This document shows, one piece after another, positions 32,124-42,328 of a DNA stretch of 64,000 nucleotides. Every line of letters starts with the position of its first letter. Position 1 is the first letter of the stretch. The DNA lies in assembly GCA_963662945.1 (NCBI GenBank), contig OY759974.1, forward strand, positions 128,001-192,000, in the 5' to 3' direction. Under the pieces are notes generated by a model, which saw nothing but the letters and a program-made list of their open reading frames with translations, was not told where the DNA came from and searched no databases. The translations under genes and the position numbers were made by a program. Source of the stretch: Arcobacteraceae bacterium. GTDB taxonomy: Bacteria > Campylobacterota > Campylobacteria > Campylobacterales > Arcobacteraceae.

Positions 32124-33467
32124 ATGGCATATTATAAATCATATGGAGCAGCTGGTGAAGTGACTGGTTCTTGTCACTTTTTACATATTGGAAAAATTAA
32201 AATTCTTATTGACTGTGGTATGTTCCAAGGTTATGAAAGTGAAATGAATTTTGAACCATTTGGATTTGAACCAAGTGATATTGATTATCTTATTGTTACA
32301 CATGCACATTTAGATCATATAGGAAGAATTCCATTGTTAGTTAAAAAAGGATTTGATCAAAAAATAATTTCTACCAGAGCAACTTATAGTATTGCACAAC
32401 TTATGTTAAGAAATTCTGCTAGTATTTTAGAAACAAAACCAAAGCCACTTTATACGCTTAATGATGTAGATCCAGCACTTGATCTTTTTGGAACTTTTTT
32501 AGAATGTAATCAAAGTATGATTCTTGATGAAAATATTAAAATAACTTTTAAAAATGCTGGTCATATTTTAGGGTCTGTAAGTGTAAAAATAGAATTTTTT
32601 GATGAAGGTATGGAAAAAAGTATTATCTTTTCTGGTGATATAGGACAAAGTGAACGTATCATAACTTCCCCAATAGAATATTGGGATAAAGCAAATTATG
32701 TTTTTGTTGAATCTACTTATGGATTATCGGTTCATGAAAAACTAGAAATCTCTATCGAAAGTTTTAAAGAACAAATCTTACAAACTATTGGACATGGAGG
32801 TACTGTTGTTATCCCGTCTTTTGCACTTGAGAGAACACAAGAAATATTATTTTTACTCAAACAAATGAGTGAAGAGAATCTTTTAGAAAACATTCCAGTA
32901 TATTTAGATTCACCACTAGCAATAAATGTAACCAATGCTTTTATGAGCTATCCTGAACTTTTTAGTGATAATGTTAAAAGTCTTATCCATAAAGGAGAAA
33001 ATCCTTTTGATTTTAAAGAACTAATTCAAACCTATACTAAACAAGAGTCAATGCAAATCAATACAAAACATGGTGCAAAAATAATTATTGCAGGGAGCGG
33101 TATGTGTGAAGGTGGGAGAGTAAGCTACCATCTTGTAAGATACTTAGAAGATAAAGCAAATCTTGCATTGTTTGTTGGGTATCAAGTTGAAAGTACTCTA
33201 GGGAGAAAAATATCTACAGGGAACAAAGATGTTTCAATCCTAGGTACGCCTGTAAATATCAATGCACAAGTTGGTTATGTTTCTGGATTTTCAGCACACG
33301 CAGATCAAAAAGAACTTTTAGAATGGATTGATGCTGTTGAAGATATCTATTGCGTATATCTTATTCATGGAGATGTACCACAGTTAGAGATGCTTAAAAG
33401 TAAAATAAAAAAAGAGTTACAAGAAAAAGTTCATATCGTAAAAATTGGGGAACAGATTCATCTATAA
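32124..33467 (+). CDS. MBL-fold beta-CASP ribonuclease-like protein
   Basis: GAAGEVTGSC, DCGMFQG, THAHLDHIG, AGHILGS, ESTYG, SGMCEGGR, FSAHAD. Confidence 0.92.
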   Translation: MAYYKSYGAAGEVTGSCHFLHIGKIKILIDCGMFQGYESEMNFEPFGFEPSDIDYLIVTHAHLDHIGRIPLLVKKGFDQKIISTRATYSIAQLMLRNSASILETKPKPLYTLNDVDPALDLFGTFLECNQSMILDENIKITFKNAGHILGSVSVKIEFFDEGMEKSIIFSGDIGQSERIITSPIEYWDKANYVFVESTYGLSVHEKLEISIESFKEQILQTIGHGGTVVIPSFALERTQEILFLLKQMSEENLLENIPVYLDSPLAINVTNAFMSYPELFSDNVKSLIHKGENPFDFKELIQTYTKQESMQINTKHGAKIIIAGSGMCEGGRVSYHLVRYLEDKANLALFVGYQVESTLGRKISTGNKDVSILGTPVNINAQVGYVSGFSAHADQKELLEWIDAVEDIYCVYLIHGDVPQLEMLKSKIKKELQEKVHIVKIGEQIHL

Positions 33468-33504
33468 CAAATTCTAAAAGGTACTATATTTATGTTTATG
33501 TTTC

Positions 33505-33657
33505 AAAAACGACTGGAAACTACTCTTTGAAAATGACAAAAAAGAAATACTAGAGATACAAAAATAAATAAACAAAACAGATGAAGAGATAGATGCGATG
33601 TTTTATGAGCTTTATGGTTTGAGTGATGAGGAAATTAAGATTGTGGAGGGGGGTTTG
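33505..33657 (+). pseudogene. C-terminal remnant of a type IIG (Eco57I-like) restriction-modification enzyme
   Basis: Reads KNDWKLLFENDKKEILEIQK*INKTDEEIDAMFYELYGLSDEEIKIVEG with an in-frame TAA at 33565. 'IDxMxYELYGLxxEEIxIVEG' is the typical terminal signature of these enzymes (recalled). Confidence 0.75.
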
Positions 33658-34509
33658 ATGTTTGAGGTTTTTAAAAGTCATAAATGGTGGTTTGGATTAA
33701 TATTAGGACTTATAGTCATATATATTAGTTTAATAATTTATATGACTTTCCCTATTTCTGAATATTCTATTGAAAAAGCTGGACAATTTGGAGATAGTTT
33801 TGGAGTGCTAAACTCCTTATTTTCAGGACTTGCTTTTATTGCACTTGTGATAACAATTTATTTACAGCAACAAGATATGAGAGATTCAAAAAAAGTGAGC
33901 CAAAAACAAAATTTTGAAAATATGTTTTTTAATTTAATCACAATACATAATGATTTAGTTGTAAGTTTCAGAGTTTCTCATATCACACAGAATCAAGAAC
34001 AACATTTTATGTATGGAGGAGAAGCTATATCGTATTTCTTAGATAGTTTTACAGAATTTGATGGCACATCATTTATGACTACTACAAGCCATTGTTCCAA
34101 CTCAACTTCAAAAGAAGAACAAAAAAAGATTTGGGACGAAGCTAGAAAAAAAAGAAATTTAGATGACATACAACTCAAATATAATTTAAAAAATAAACTA
34201 GGGCGGAAAAATTTAAAATTCATTGAAAATACTTATTCTATTTTAGACTTAATTGATAGAGCAGAGTTTTTAGGTGAAAAAGATAAGCTTTTTTACTTAG
34301 AAACTCTTTTAGCTCAAATATCAGATGAAGAATTAGCTTTAATCTTTTATTACACTATTGCCGTAAATAGTAATAAAAAAGAATTATTAGAAAAATACCA
34401 ATTTTTTAAAAATTTAGATGAACAATTATTACTCAATTGGGAAGATGAAATTTTATTATATAAAAAAGAAGCATTTGATGAAAGTCTGCATCAATATTTT
34501 TTTAATTAA
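33658..34509 (+). CDS. Putative phage abortive infection protein (putAbiC-like, membrane anchored)
   Basis: N-terminal TM, GQFGDSFGVLNSLFSGLAF..ITIYLQ, FENMFFNLI, LAQISDEELALIFYY. The true start is probably ATG 33658 rather than 33598. Confidence 0.75.
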   Translation: MFEVFKSHKWWFGLILGLIVIYISLIIYMTFPISEYSIEKAGQFGDSFGVLNSLFSGLAFIALVITIYLQQQDMRDSKKVSQKQNFENMFFNLITIHNDLVVSFRVSHITQNQEQHFMYGGEAISYFLDSFTEFDGTSFMTTTSHCSNSTSKEEQKKIWDEARKKRNLDDIQLKYNLKNKLGRKNLKFIENTYSILDLIDRAEFLGEKDKLFYLETLLAQISDEELALIFYYTIAVNSNKKELLEKYQFFKNLDEQLLLNWEDEILLYKKEAFDESLHQYFFN

Positions 34510-34676
34510 GTTGAGAACTCATATCCAATTAAAATCAAATAAATAGAGAATATTAATCATTTCACAAGAACAAAGACATATCTTAACACATTCAAACTCC
34601 AAAGTAAGAATAAATTTTGTAAAATAGGCTTTTTTATATATGCTATACTTTATAAAATTTAAAATAAAGGAAACAT

Positions 34677-35057
34677 ATGCGAATCGATGTTGATTATTTA
34701 AAAACGGTTTTAGATAAATTTGTAGATAATGAAAAAGAATACCTCAATACAGAAGCTTTACAAAGTTTAATGAATGAAGATATAGAAAAATTTTCTTTTC
34801 ATTGGGATATTTTAAAAGATAAACAGTGTATAGTATTACAAAATGGAAATTTGCCGAATACAATACAAGGGAATTCAAAACTAGTAAAACATAGTTATGT
34901 AAGGTTGAGTGATGAAGGCAATAATTTTTATGAAGCACTAAAAGATAATGAGTTTAGAAATAAAATCAAAAAAGACTTTAAAAATATAAGTACTGAAACA
35001 TTGGGGAGACTTGCCAAAAATTTTTTAGATAATAAGATTGATAATTTTTTAACATAA
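34677..35057 (+). CDS. DUF2513-like winged-helix protein
   Basis: MRIDVDYLK..L, VRLSDEGNNFYEALKD..RNKIK; TGCTATACT promoter and AAGGA RBS upstream. Confidence 0.65.
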   Translation: MRIDVDYLKTVLDKFVDNEKEYLNTEALQSLMNEDIEKFSFHWDILKDKQCIVLQNGNLPNTIQGNSKLVKHSYVRLSDEGNNFYEALKDNEFRNKIKKDFKNISTETLGRLAKNFLDNKIDNFLT

Positions 35058-35168
35058 TTAGCAAACAAAAACAACCCCACAAGGAATAGCTAAAATTGCA
35101 TATTGTCATATTTTCAACCTCAAATCAAAAAAGATGGTAAGATACAAAAACGAAAGGAGTCAAAGAAC

Positions 35169-35399
35169 ATGGACAAAGTATTGATAACGACACTTCAAAG
35201 TGAATTTAATCAACTATCTAACACACTTGAAGATAGCTTGATAGAATACTGGTATGCTAGGGATTTACAAAAAGTATTAGGGTATGAACGATGGAAAAAT
35301 TTTGCAAATGTAATCCAAAAAGCAAAAATAGCTTGTGAAAACTCTAATATAGAAGTATCAGACCATTTTCGCGATGTCACGAAAATGGTATCAAAATGA
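35169..35399 (+). pseudogene. dinD: Truncated DinD/BRO-N family protein
   Basis: AAGGAG RBS before ATG 35169; EYWYARDLQKVLGYERWKNFANVIQKAKIAC..DHFRDVTKMV then stop. Only the N-terminal part of a DinD-type protein is present. Confidence 0.75.
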
Positions 35400-35475
35400 A
35401 AGATAAAAATGCGTTTATTTTTTTATGTGCAGAACTATGTCATAATATGGAATATTTTGATTTTAAGGATTTGTT

Positions 35476-35697
35476 GTGACAAAGATTATGAACAAAGTTT
35501 TAGAAGATGTACGAACATTATCGACAAATGAAAAAAATGACTTAATGAAATTTTTAATAGCCTCTATGGATGAAATTCATGATAATGACTCAGACCAACA
35601 ATGGGCAAACCTAGCAAAACAAAGATACCAAGAGATTGAATCTGGCAAAGTTCAAACAGTAAGTTGGGAACATATAAAACAACAAGTATTGTCTTAG
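35476..35697 (+). CDS. Addiction-module antitoxin component
   Basis: LSTNEK..L...W...AKQRYQEIESGKVQTVSWE pattern; directly upstream of a RelE/ParE toxin. Confidence 0.8.
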   Translation: MTKIMNKVLEDVRTLSTNEKNDLMKFLIASMDEIHDNDSDQQWANLAKQRYQEIESGKVQTVSWEHIKQQVLS

Positions 35698-35698
35698 T

Positions 35699-35995
35699 AT
35701 GAGACAGTTATCTTTTCACCCAGATATAGCCAATGAGGTTAAAGGTTCTTTTGTTTGGTATGAAGAGCAACTTCAAGGACTTGGAAATCAATTTTTAAAT
35801 GAGCTAGAAGATGGTTACACCGCAATTTCTAACTTTCCTGATACTTGGGCAACATTTCAGTATGGTTTTAAAAGATATATTCTAAATAGATTTCCTTTCT
35901 CAATAGTCTATAAATTGACTCCTCAAAATATTTTTATCATCGCTGTGATGCACAATAGTAGAAAACCTCTCTATTGGTTAGATAGGATAAATTAA
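35699..35995 (+). CDS. RelE/ParE-family toxin
   Basis: FHPDIANE...WYEEQ..GLG..F, RFPFSIVY, IIAVMHNSRKPLYW. Confidence 0.88.
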   Translation: MRQLSFHPDIANEVKGSFVWYEEQLQGLGNQFLNELEDGYTAISNFPDTWATFQYGFKRYILNRFPFSIVYKLTPQNIFIIAVMHNSRKPLYWLDRIN

Positions 35996-36040
35996 ATTTT
36001 TCTTCCTTTTCCTTAAAATTGCAAATTATTATATTTTAGT

Positions 36041-36721
36041 CTACTCTTTTGGTAAACCAAATTTTTGTACTGTATACTCACCCTCTTCATCAAAAAAACA
36101 ATAATATAAAAAGTCTTTTTTAATAGCTAAACCAGCTAAATATCGTAAAGCAATATTTGCTTGTAAAGAAGCTATATGCATCACAATAGGTGCTGTTATC
36201 CCTGCTGGTTTGTGATCGGAGACTTTAAATACACTATTAAAAGAAGATTTATCAAAAAAACACACCTGTCCTTGAAAAGCTTCTACACTTCCGTATAACC
36301 AAGGTATATTCTTATCTTTTGAAAATTTATCTATTTTACTTCTCACAGGTAAATTATCTGTAGCATCAATAATTAAGTCATAATCTTCATTTGTAATACT
36401 AAACGTATCAAAATCATAATCAAAACTATTTACTTCTACATATGGAGATCTTTTTCTAATAAGTTTTGCTAAAACTTCACTTTTACTTTTTCCTTCATCA
36501 TCAGTTTTAAAAGCTATTTGTCTATGAATATTGTGAACACTTATTTCATCAAAATCAACTAAATCAATCTGCCCTATTCCTGAACTACCAAGTGCAATAC
36601 CTAAACTACATCCCAGTCCACCACAACCAATAATTGCAATTTTTTTATCTTGTAAACTTGATTGGGTATTTTCTCCCCATAGTTGTATTTGTCTATTAAA
36701 GTATTCGTTAAAGTTTTCCAT
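36041..36721 (-). CDS. ThiF/MoeB-family adenylyltransferase
   Basis: YFNRQI, IIGCGGLG, VDFDEISVHNIHRQ, IIDATDN. Confidence 0.88.
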   Translation of the reverse strand: MENFNEYFNRQIQLWGENTQSSLQDKKIAIIGCGGLGCSLGIALGSSGIGQIDLVDFDEISVHNIHRQIAFKTDDEGKSKSEVLAKLIRKRSPYVEVNSFDYDFDTFSITNEDYDLIIDATDNLPVRSKIDKFSKDKNIPWLYGSVEAFQGQVCFFDKSSFNSVFKVSDHKPAGITAPIVMHIASLQANIALRYLAGLAIKKDFLYYCFFDEEGEYTVQKFGLPKE

Positions 36722-36799
36722 ATTTTTATCCGCATATTTATTTTCTTTTATTTTAGCAACTTTTAACTTTTTTTGACTTAATTATGATAAAATAATATT

Positions 36800-39325
36800 A
36801 TGACAGATTTAAATATTAAAATAGAAGAACTTATTGAAAATAAAGCAGAAGATTTCCAAATAGCAAAAATTATTAAATGTGAAATTAAGGAATATCTTAG
36901 CTCTCTTGATAGCATTTATGAGCAATCAAGTGGTAAAGATTTTTTTGTAAAGCATACAAAAATGATAGATGGATTTATCAAAGTAATTTATAAATATCTA
37001 TTAAGAAAACATTTTGGAATCTATCTTCCTATGTCTAACCATATACCAATGAGTATCATAGCTTTGGGAAGTTTTGGACGAGAACAATTATGTGTTTATA
37101 GTGATATTGATATTATGATTTTATACGATGATATCAAGGGGTATAATATAAAACCTATTATGGAAGAGTTTATGACATTATCTTGGGATAGTGGACTTAA
37201 ACTTGGAAGTCGTGTACACGAAATAAGTGAGATTGAAGAAGCTGTTAAAACTGATGTTACAATCAAAACATCTATTATAGAATCAAGACTTATATATGGG
37301 TCAAAACATCTTTGGTATAAATTCCAAAGTAAACTCAATAATATTAGACATTTTGAACAAAAAGCATTTGTATTGGAAAAACTACAAGAACACACAGAAA
37401 GACTAGAAAAGTATCCACTCGTAATGCAACCAAACATCAAAGATGGTTATGGAGGTATGAGAGAATCAAATATGCTTTTTTGGATGGCAAATATCACTTA
37501 TGGAGTATCTAGTACAAAAGATTTAACTGGTATATTATTTAGTGAAGATGATTATAAAAAATATAGAATTGCTTTAGAATATATTTTCAGAACAAGAAAT
37601 GCATTGCACCTTTGTGCCAAAAAGAAGCTTGATACAATAACATTTGATATTTTACCAGATATTAGTACTAAACTTGGATTTGAAACAAATGAGAGATTTA
37701 CAAAAGAAAGACAATGTATGTCTAAAATTTTTGAGTCTTTACATGCAATTCACCACTTTACTTCAATAATGATTAAGAAAATTGCTAGGCAACACTTATA
37801 TAACAGTGCTAATTTACACAATATCTACCAACATAGAATTAAAAAAGATAGATATTTATGTAACAATACTTTGTATACTACTTATAATACGAAACCAAAA
37901 ATACTAAACCAATTTTTAAAAGAGCTTATCTCATTACCAAACTATATTGAAAGATTTGATGTATCTTATATCCATTATGCTTCAAGAACTATTGTGCATA
38001 ATAAAACTAATAGTACAACAAAAAAATTGGTTCATACCCTACTTCAAAGAGAAAATCTTTACCCAATAATTGATTTACTTTATAAAGCAGGATTGTTAGT
38101 GATTGTTATTCCTACTTTTAAAAAGATTATAAACCAACCGCAATTTGATGGATACCATAAACATCCTGTTGATATACACAGTATACAAACACTCTATCAC
38201 ATACAAAATATTAAAGACCCTTTTGTTGCAAAAATGTATGAGAAACAAAACTATACTCAAAAATATCTTGTAAAATTAGCTGTACTTTTTCATGATTGTG
38301 GTAAAGGGAGAGGAAAAGATCATCACGTCGTTGGACAAAATTTATTTAGAAAATTTGCTAAATCATTAAATATAAATGATGAAGATATCAACATAGTATC
38401 TACATTAATCAGATATCACAATATGATGACTAAAGTTGCTACAACTGAAGATATATACTCACAAAATACTATCTTGGCATTTACAGGAATTATTCAAACT
38501 AAAGAGATCTTAGAATTACTGTTTATAATGACCTATGCAGATATTAATTCTGTTGATTCTAAACTTTATAAAAGTTCAACAGCTTCACTACTAAAAGAGT
38601 TATATTTACAAACTTTACCTGCTTATGATAATCAAGAGTTACTTAAAGTAAGTAGTAGAAGAGCTGCAAAAGAAAATGCAATTAAAAACAGTAAACTCTT
38701 TGAAGGATTACCAACAACTCTCCAAAAGAAAATACTAAATATAGAATCAAATCAATTATTCTTAAAATATAAAGCTGAAGATATTATCAAAATAGCTATA
38801 AGAGCTAAAGATGTAAAAGGTTACGATTTTAAACTTTTTACAAAAGATAATTTAAAAATCAAAATCACTAGAGTATTACCTTTAAATCTTGGTTATTTAC
38901 TTGGAAAACTGCAATTTTTAAATATAAATTCTATGGGTATTTATAAATTATATGATGGAAAGAAATTTTTTGAAATTATTTTTGATGAACATTTAGATGA
39001 AACAGATATCCCTTTTGTAGAAGAGATTATAGAAGATTCATTTGATATGTCAAAAACTATTAATCTTAAAAAGCCTACAATTGCAAAAGATGAAATTTTC
39101 ATCAACTGTGATCACACTGATGAACTTGCACAATTTACAATACATACTAAAGACCAAAAAGGTTTATTTAGTTATATTGCCCGTGCATTTGATGAGTTTG
39201 GTATTGAAATACATAGTGCAAAAATTCAATCAAATAAAGGGAAAGTTAATGATATGTTACTTATCTCAAAAAATGGTAACTTTTGTACGAATAAAGACAA
39301 AATTGTGGAATTATTAACCCAATAA
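36800..39325 (+). CDS. glnD: PII uridylyltransferase/uridylyl-removing enzyme
   Basis: ALGSFGREQL..YSDID, PNIKDGYGGMRE, QFDGYHKHPVD.H, LFHDCGKG, C-terminal ACT (TKDQKGL). Confidence 0.9.
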   Translation: MTDLNIKIEELIENKAEDFQIAKIIKCEIKEYLSSLDSIYEQSSGKDFFVKHTKMIDGFIKVIYKYLLRKHFGIYLPMSNHIPMSIIALGSFGREQLCVYSDIDIMILYDDIKGYNIKPIMEEFMTLSWDSGLKLGSRVHEISEIEEAVKTDVTIKTSIIESRLIYGSKHLWYKFQSKLNNIRHFEQKAFVLEKLQEHTERLEKYPLVMQPNIKDGYGGMRESNMLFWMANITYGVSSTKDLTGILFSEDDYKKYRIALEYIFRTRNALHLCAKKKLDTITFDILPDISTKLGFETNERFTKERQCMSKIFESLHAIHHFTSIMIKKIARQHLYNSANLHNIYQHRIKKDRYLCNNTLYTTYNTKPKILNQFLKELISLPNYIERFDVSYIHYASRTIVHNKTNSTTKKLVHTLLQRENLYPIIDLLYKAGLLVIVIPTFKKIINQPQFDGYHKHPVDIHSIQTLYHIQNIKDPFVAKMYEKQNYTQKYLVKLAVLFHDCGKGRGKDHHVVGQNLFRKFAKSLNINDEDINIVSTLIRYHNMMTKVATTEDIYSQNTILAFTGIIQTKEILELLFIMTYADINSVDSKLYKSSTASLLKELYLQTLPAYDNQELLKVSSRRAAKENAIKNSKLFEGLPTTLQKKILNIESNQLFLKYKAEDIIKIAIRAKDVKGYDFKLFTKDNLKIKITRVLPLNLGYLLGKLQFLNINSMGIYKLYDGKKFFEIIFDEHLDETDIPFVEEIIEDSFDMSKTINLKKPTIAKDEIFINCDHTDELAQFTIHTKDQKGLFSYIARAFDEFGIEIHSAKIQSNKGKVNDMLLISKNGNFCTNKDKIVELLTQ

Positions 39326-39344
39326 ATAAAATTTAGGAGCAACA

Positions 39345-40544
39345 ATGGAAATAAATAACTTTTTTTTAACTCTTTTTCTTATTCTTATTGTTGCTAGGTT
39401 TTTAGGTGAATTATTTGCAAGATATGGTATCCCTTCCGTATTAGGTGAGCTTTTTGCAGGTATCTTACTTGGTGCATCAGTATTAGATATTGTACACCCA
39501 AATGAGATATTAAAAATACTTGCTGAAATCGGTATAATATTATTACTTTTTGAAGTTGGATTAGAGACTGATTTTCAACGATTAAAAAGTTCTGGAACCA
39601 AATCATTTGTAGTTGCAATTTTAGGTGTTATTTTACCTTTTATTTTTGGTCTTTCATTGGCATATTATATTTTTAAATTAGACTTCACAATCTCTCTTTT
39701 TATAGCTGGAACACTCACTGCAACTAGTATTGGTATTACACTTCGAGTTCTTAAAGACATTCATATGGAAAATACAAATATTGCTCAAATAGTCATTGGT
39801 GCTGCTGTAATTGACGATATTATAGGAATTATATTACTTGTGTTTATTTATGATTATTCTTTATCACATGAAACTAGTTTTGACCATACACTCTCTGTAA
39901 CAGCAATGATTTTTATATTTTTATTACTTGCTCCAATATTGGCTAAACTTTTATCTTTTATGATTCACAAATACCATAAAAGGCATTTAGTTCCTGGCTA
40001 TTTTCCAACAATTATCATCTCTCTTATTTTACTATTCTCTTATCTTTCACATCTTGTTGGTGCGCCTGCTATTTTAGGTTCCTTTGCAGCAGGTGTTGCC
40101 CTGTCTAGAAGATTTTTCCTTCCATTTGGAACAATGTTAGGAACAAACGAAAACCTTTTGCAAGAAGTTAAAAGAGATATGACTCCAATTATTCAAATGT
40201 TTACTCCAATATTTTTCGTTATGGTTGGACTTTCTGTTGATTTAACAATTATTGATTTTACCTCTTTAAGTTTTTGGATTATGAGTTTATCTTTTATATT
40301 ATTGGCTTTTATAAGTAAATTTATAGCTGCATTTTTTATATATCAAAAATGTTTTATGAATAATGCAATTATCGGTATGTCGATGATTCCAAGAGGTGAA
40401 GTAGGACTTATTTTTGCCGAAATGGGACGAGTTAATGGGGCAATACCCAATGATATTTATGCTATGCTTATTTTTGTAATAGTTATTACGACTGTTGTTC
40501 CCCCTTTTTTATTAAAAAAATATTTTAAAGTAGAGTGTGTATAA
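39345..40544 (+). CDS. Cation:proton antiporter (CPA2)
   Basis: GIILLLFEVGLE, TATSIGIT, AAVIDDIIG, MIPRGEVGL; multiple TM helices. Confidence 0.92.
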   Translation: MEINNFFLTLFLILIVARFLGELFARYGIPSVLGELFAGILLGASVLDIVHPNEILKILAEIGIILLLFEVGLETDFQRLKSSGTKSFVVAILGVILPFIFGLSLAYYIFKLDFTISLFIAGTLTATSIGITLRVLKDIHMENTNIAQIVIGAAVIDDIIGIILLVFIYDYSLSHETSFDHTLSVTAMIFIFLLLAPILAKLLSFMIHKYHKRHLVPGYFPTIIISLILLFSYLSHLVGAPAILGSFAAGVALSRRFFLPFGTMLGTNENLLQEVKRDMTPIIQMFTPIFFVMVGLSVDLTIIDFTSLSFWIMSLSFILLAFISKFIAAFFIYQKCFMNNAIIGMSMIPRGEVGLIFAEMGRVNGAIPNDIYAMLIFVIVITTVVPPFLLKKYFKVECV

Positions 40545-40545
40545 A

Positions 40546-40974
40546 ATGGAAAATGAACTATATATAACTAGATTAGAAGGGATTATTAAAAGAATATTTC
40601 ATTCACTTGATACAATTAATCCTACAAGTATTGAAGTAAAATATTTAGGTGAAAAATTTTTTGATACTGAAAATATTGACCAATATTGTTTTCAATTTCA
40701 AAAAAACAACTCTCATTCACTCTGGTTTGAACTTCTTATACCAACAAATAATCCAACACCTCATAATATTGATTTGACAGCATTTTCAAATCAAATTATT
40801 TATAAATATAATATTGAGAATATCGCAAATTATATCTCGATAACGACTCCACTAGAACAATACTGTTCTTGCCATTTTGAAAAAAAATATATATTTGAAG
40901 TTACCTGTACTTCACAAACAGGAGAAAACAATAGTGTTTATATAAATATTGATCCAGAAAACTTTTTTGAATAA
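40546..40974 (+). CDS. Hypothetical protein (weak CheC/CheX-like resemblance)
   Basis: ORF starts 1 nt after the antiporter stop; contains SNQII...ISITTP. Confidence 0.5.
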   Translation: MENELYITRLEGIIKRIFHSLDTINPTSIEVKYLGEKFFDTENIDQYCFQFQKNNSHSLWFELLIPTNNPTPHNIDLTAFSNQIIYKYNIENIANYISITTPLEQYCSCHFEKKYIFEVTCTSQTGENNSVYINIDPENFFE

Positions 40975-40977
40975 ACT

Positions 40978-41730
40978 CTATACTTTTTGTGCTTTACTAA
41001 AATCTATTAGCTGTTCACTATATACAATCTCTTCTGGTAATAAACTCAAACACTCTTTTAAAACCATTGCAGTACAATAAGCATCACTATAAGCCCTATG
41101 ATGAATTTCTTCTTCAATATTAAGATGCTCTTTGAGATACTTAAGTCCATATCGGGGTGTATCTATAAGTCTTTCAGATAAATCAATTGTACAAAGTCTT
41201 CTATTATATAATCCACCTAAATCATATTTTTTCATACTGTCACTGATGAATTTATAATCAAATGTGATCGCATGGGCAACAAAAATATCATCTTCTAAAA
41301 AAATTTTAAACTCTTCTAATACTGTTTTTATACTAGGAGAATCATAAGTCATTTCTGGAATAATTCCCGTTAATTCTTGTACTTTTCTTGGTATTTCTCT
41401 AGTATTAACTAAGGATTCATATTTTTCAATAATCTGATTATTTTTATATTTTATGGCACCAATTTCTATTATTTGACCATCTTTTGCATTTCCAGCTGTA
41501 GTCTCTATATCAACAACACAAAATGTTTGATCTTCTATTTTTGTTGTTACAGTTTTTAAACTTACCTGATTATTTGAAAAACTAAGAGGAAGTCCATTGA
41601 GTAATAATAACTCTTTTTCTAGTTCTACACTTTGAAAAACTGTATCACTTTTTTCTAAAATACTGTTAAATTCATCGATACTTAATGGTGATTTTTTGAG
41701 TTTTTTGATAAGTTTAGTGAGATAATTCAT
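40978..41730 (-). CDS. DEDDh 3'-5' exonuclease (DnaQ-like)
   Basis: VVDIETT, IIEIGA, FVAH..FDY, HHRAYSDA. Confidence 0.9.
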   Translation of the reverse strand: MNYLTKLIKKLKKSPLSIDEFNSILEKSDTVFQSVELEKELLLLNGLPLSFSNNQVSLKTVTTKIEDQTFCVVDIETTAGNAKDGQIIEIGAIKYKNNQIIEKYESLVNTREIPRKVQELTGIIPEMTYDSPSIKTVLEEFKIFLEDDIFVAHAITFDYKFISDSMKKYDLGGLYNRRLCTIDLSERLIDTPRYGLKYLKEHLNIEEEIHHRAYSDAYCTAMVLKECLSLLPEEIVYSEQLIDFSKAQKV

Positions 41731-42313
41731 TGGCTTTATTTATGAAGTTTATGATCTTTTGTTTATCTTTTTTACCCTTCGATAATTCAACACCACTACT
41801 TACATCAACTCCATAGAAATTGTACCCTCTTAACTCTTCTAAATTCTCGCTATTTAATCCACCCGCAAGAATAATCTTACTACAATCAATTCCATCAAAC
41901 CAATCTAAAGCAATACGTTGTCCCTCACCACCATAACTTTCTACAAAAGCATCTACGAGATAATATTTGTTTGAATCAAGATTTAAAATATCTTGTTTTT
42001 CTTTTGCTCTGATTACTTCAATATATTTTGATTGTAAATGTTTTACAAATCTTTCATCTATATCGAAATGAGCCTGTACAAGGTCAATTCTTGCTTGTCT
42101 TACAATAAAATCTATTTTTGCTGGTATTTCATTTACAAATAATCCAACACTTTGTACAAATGGAGGTAATTGGCTTATTATCTCTTTTGCACTTTCTGGT
42201 TTTATATATCGTGGTGATTTTTCATAGAAAACAAATCCTAGAGCATCGGCACCAGCATTTACAGCATTTATAGCATCTTCAAGATTTGTAATACCACAAA
42301 TTTTTATTCTCAT
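41714..42313 (-). CDS. trpF: Phosphoribosylanthranilate isomerase
   Basis: KICGIT, GFVFYEKSPR, ILAGGL, VDVSSGVE. Confidence 0.96.
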   Translation of the reverse strand: MRIKICGITNLEDAINAVNAGADALGFVFYEKSPRYIKPESAKEIISQLPPFVQSVGLFVNEIPAKIDFIVRQARIDLVQAHFDIDERFVKHLQSKYIEVIRAKEKQDILNLDSNKYYLVDAFVESYGGEGQRIALDWFDGIDCSKIILAGGLNSENLEELRGYNFYGVDVSSGVELSKGKKDKQKIINFINKANELSH

Positions 42314-42328
42314 ATGCTCTACTTTTTT

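Noticed and set aside
33598-33657. ORF-track start of the Abi-like gene
   Set aside because: The first 20 codons are the RM C-terminal remnant; ATG 33658 is the more likely start.
33470-35995. Integron cassette array
   Set aside because: No repeated attC-like sites between genes, no IntI, and the genes have their own promoter-like boxes.
36041-36721. ThiF protein as part of a CBASS/ubiquitin-like defence system next to the islet
   Set aside because: Opposite strand, short housekeeping-type MoeB/ThiF with no E2, JAB or cyclase neighbours.
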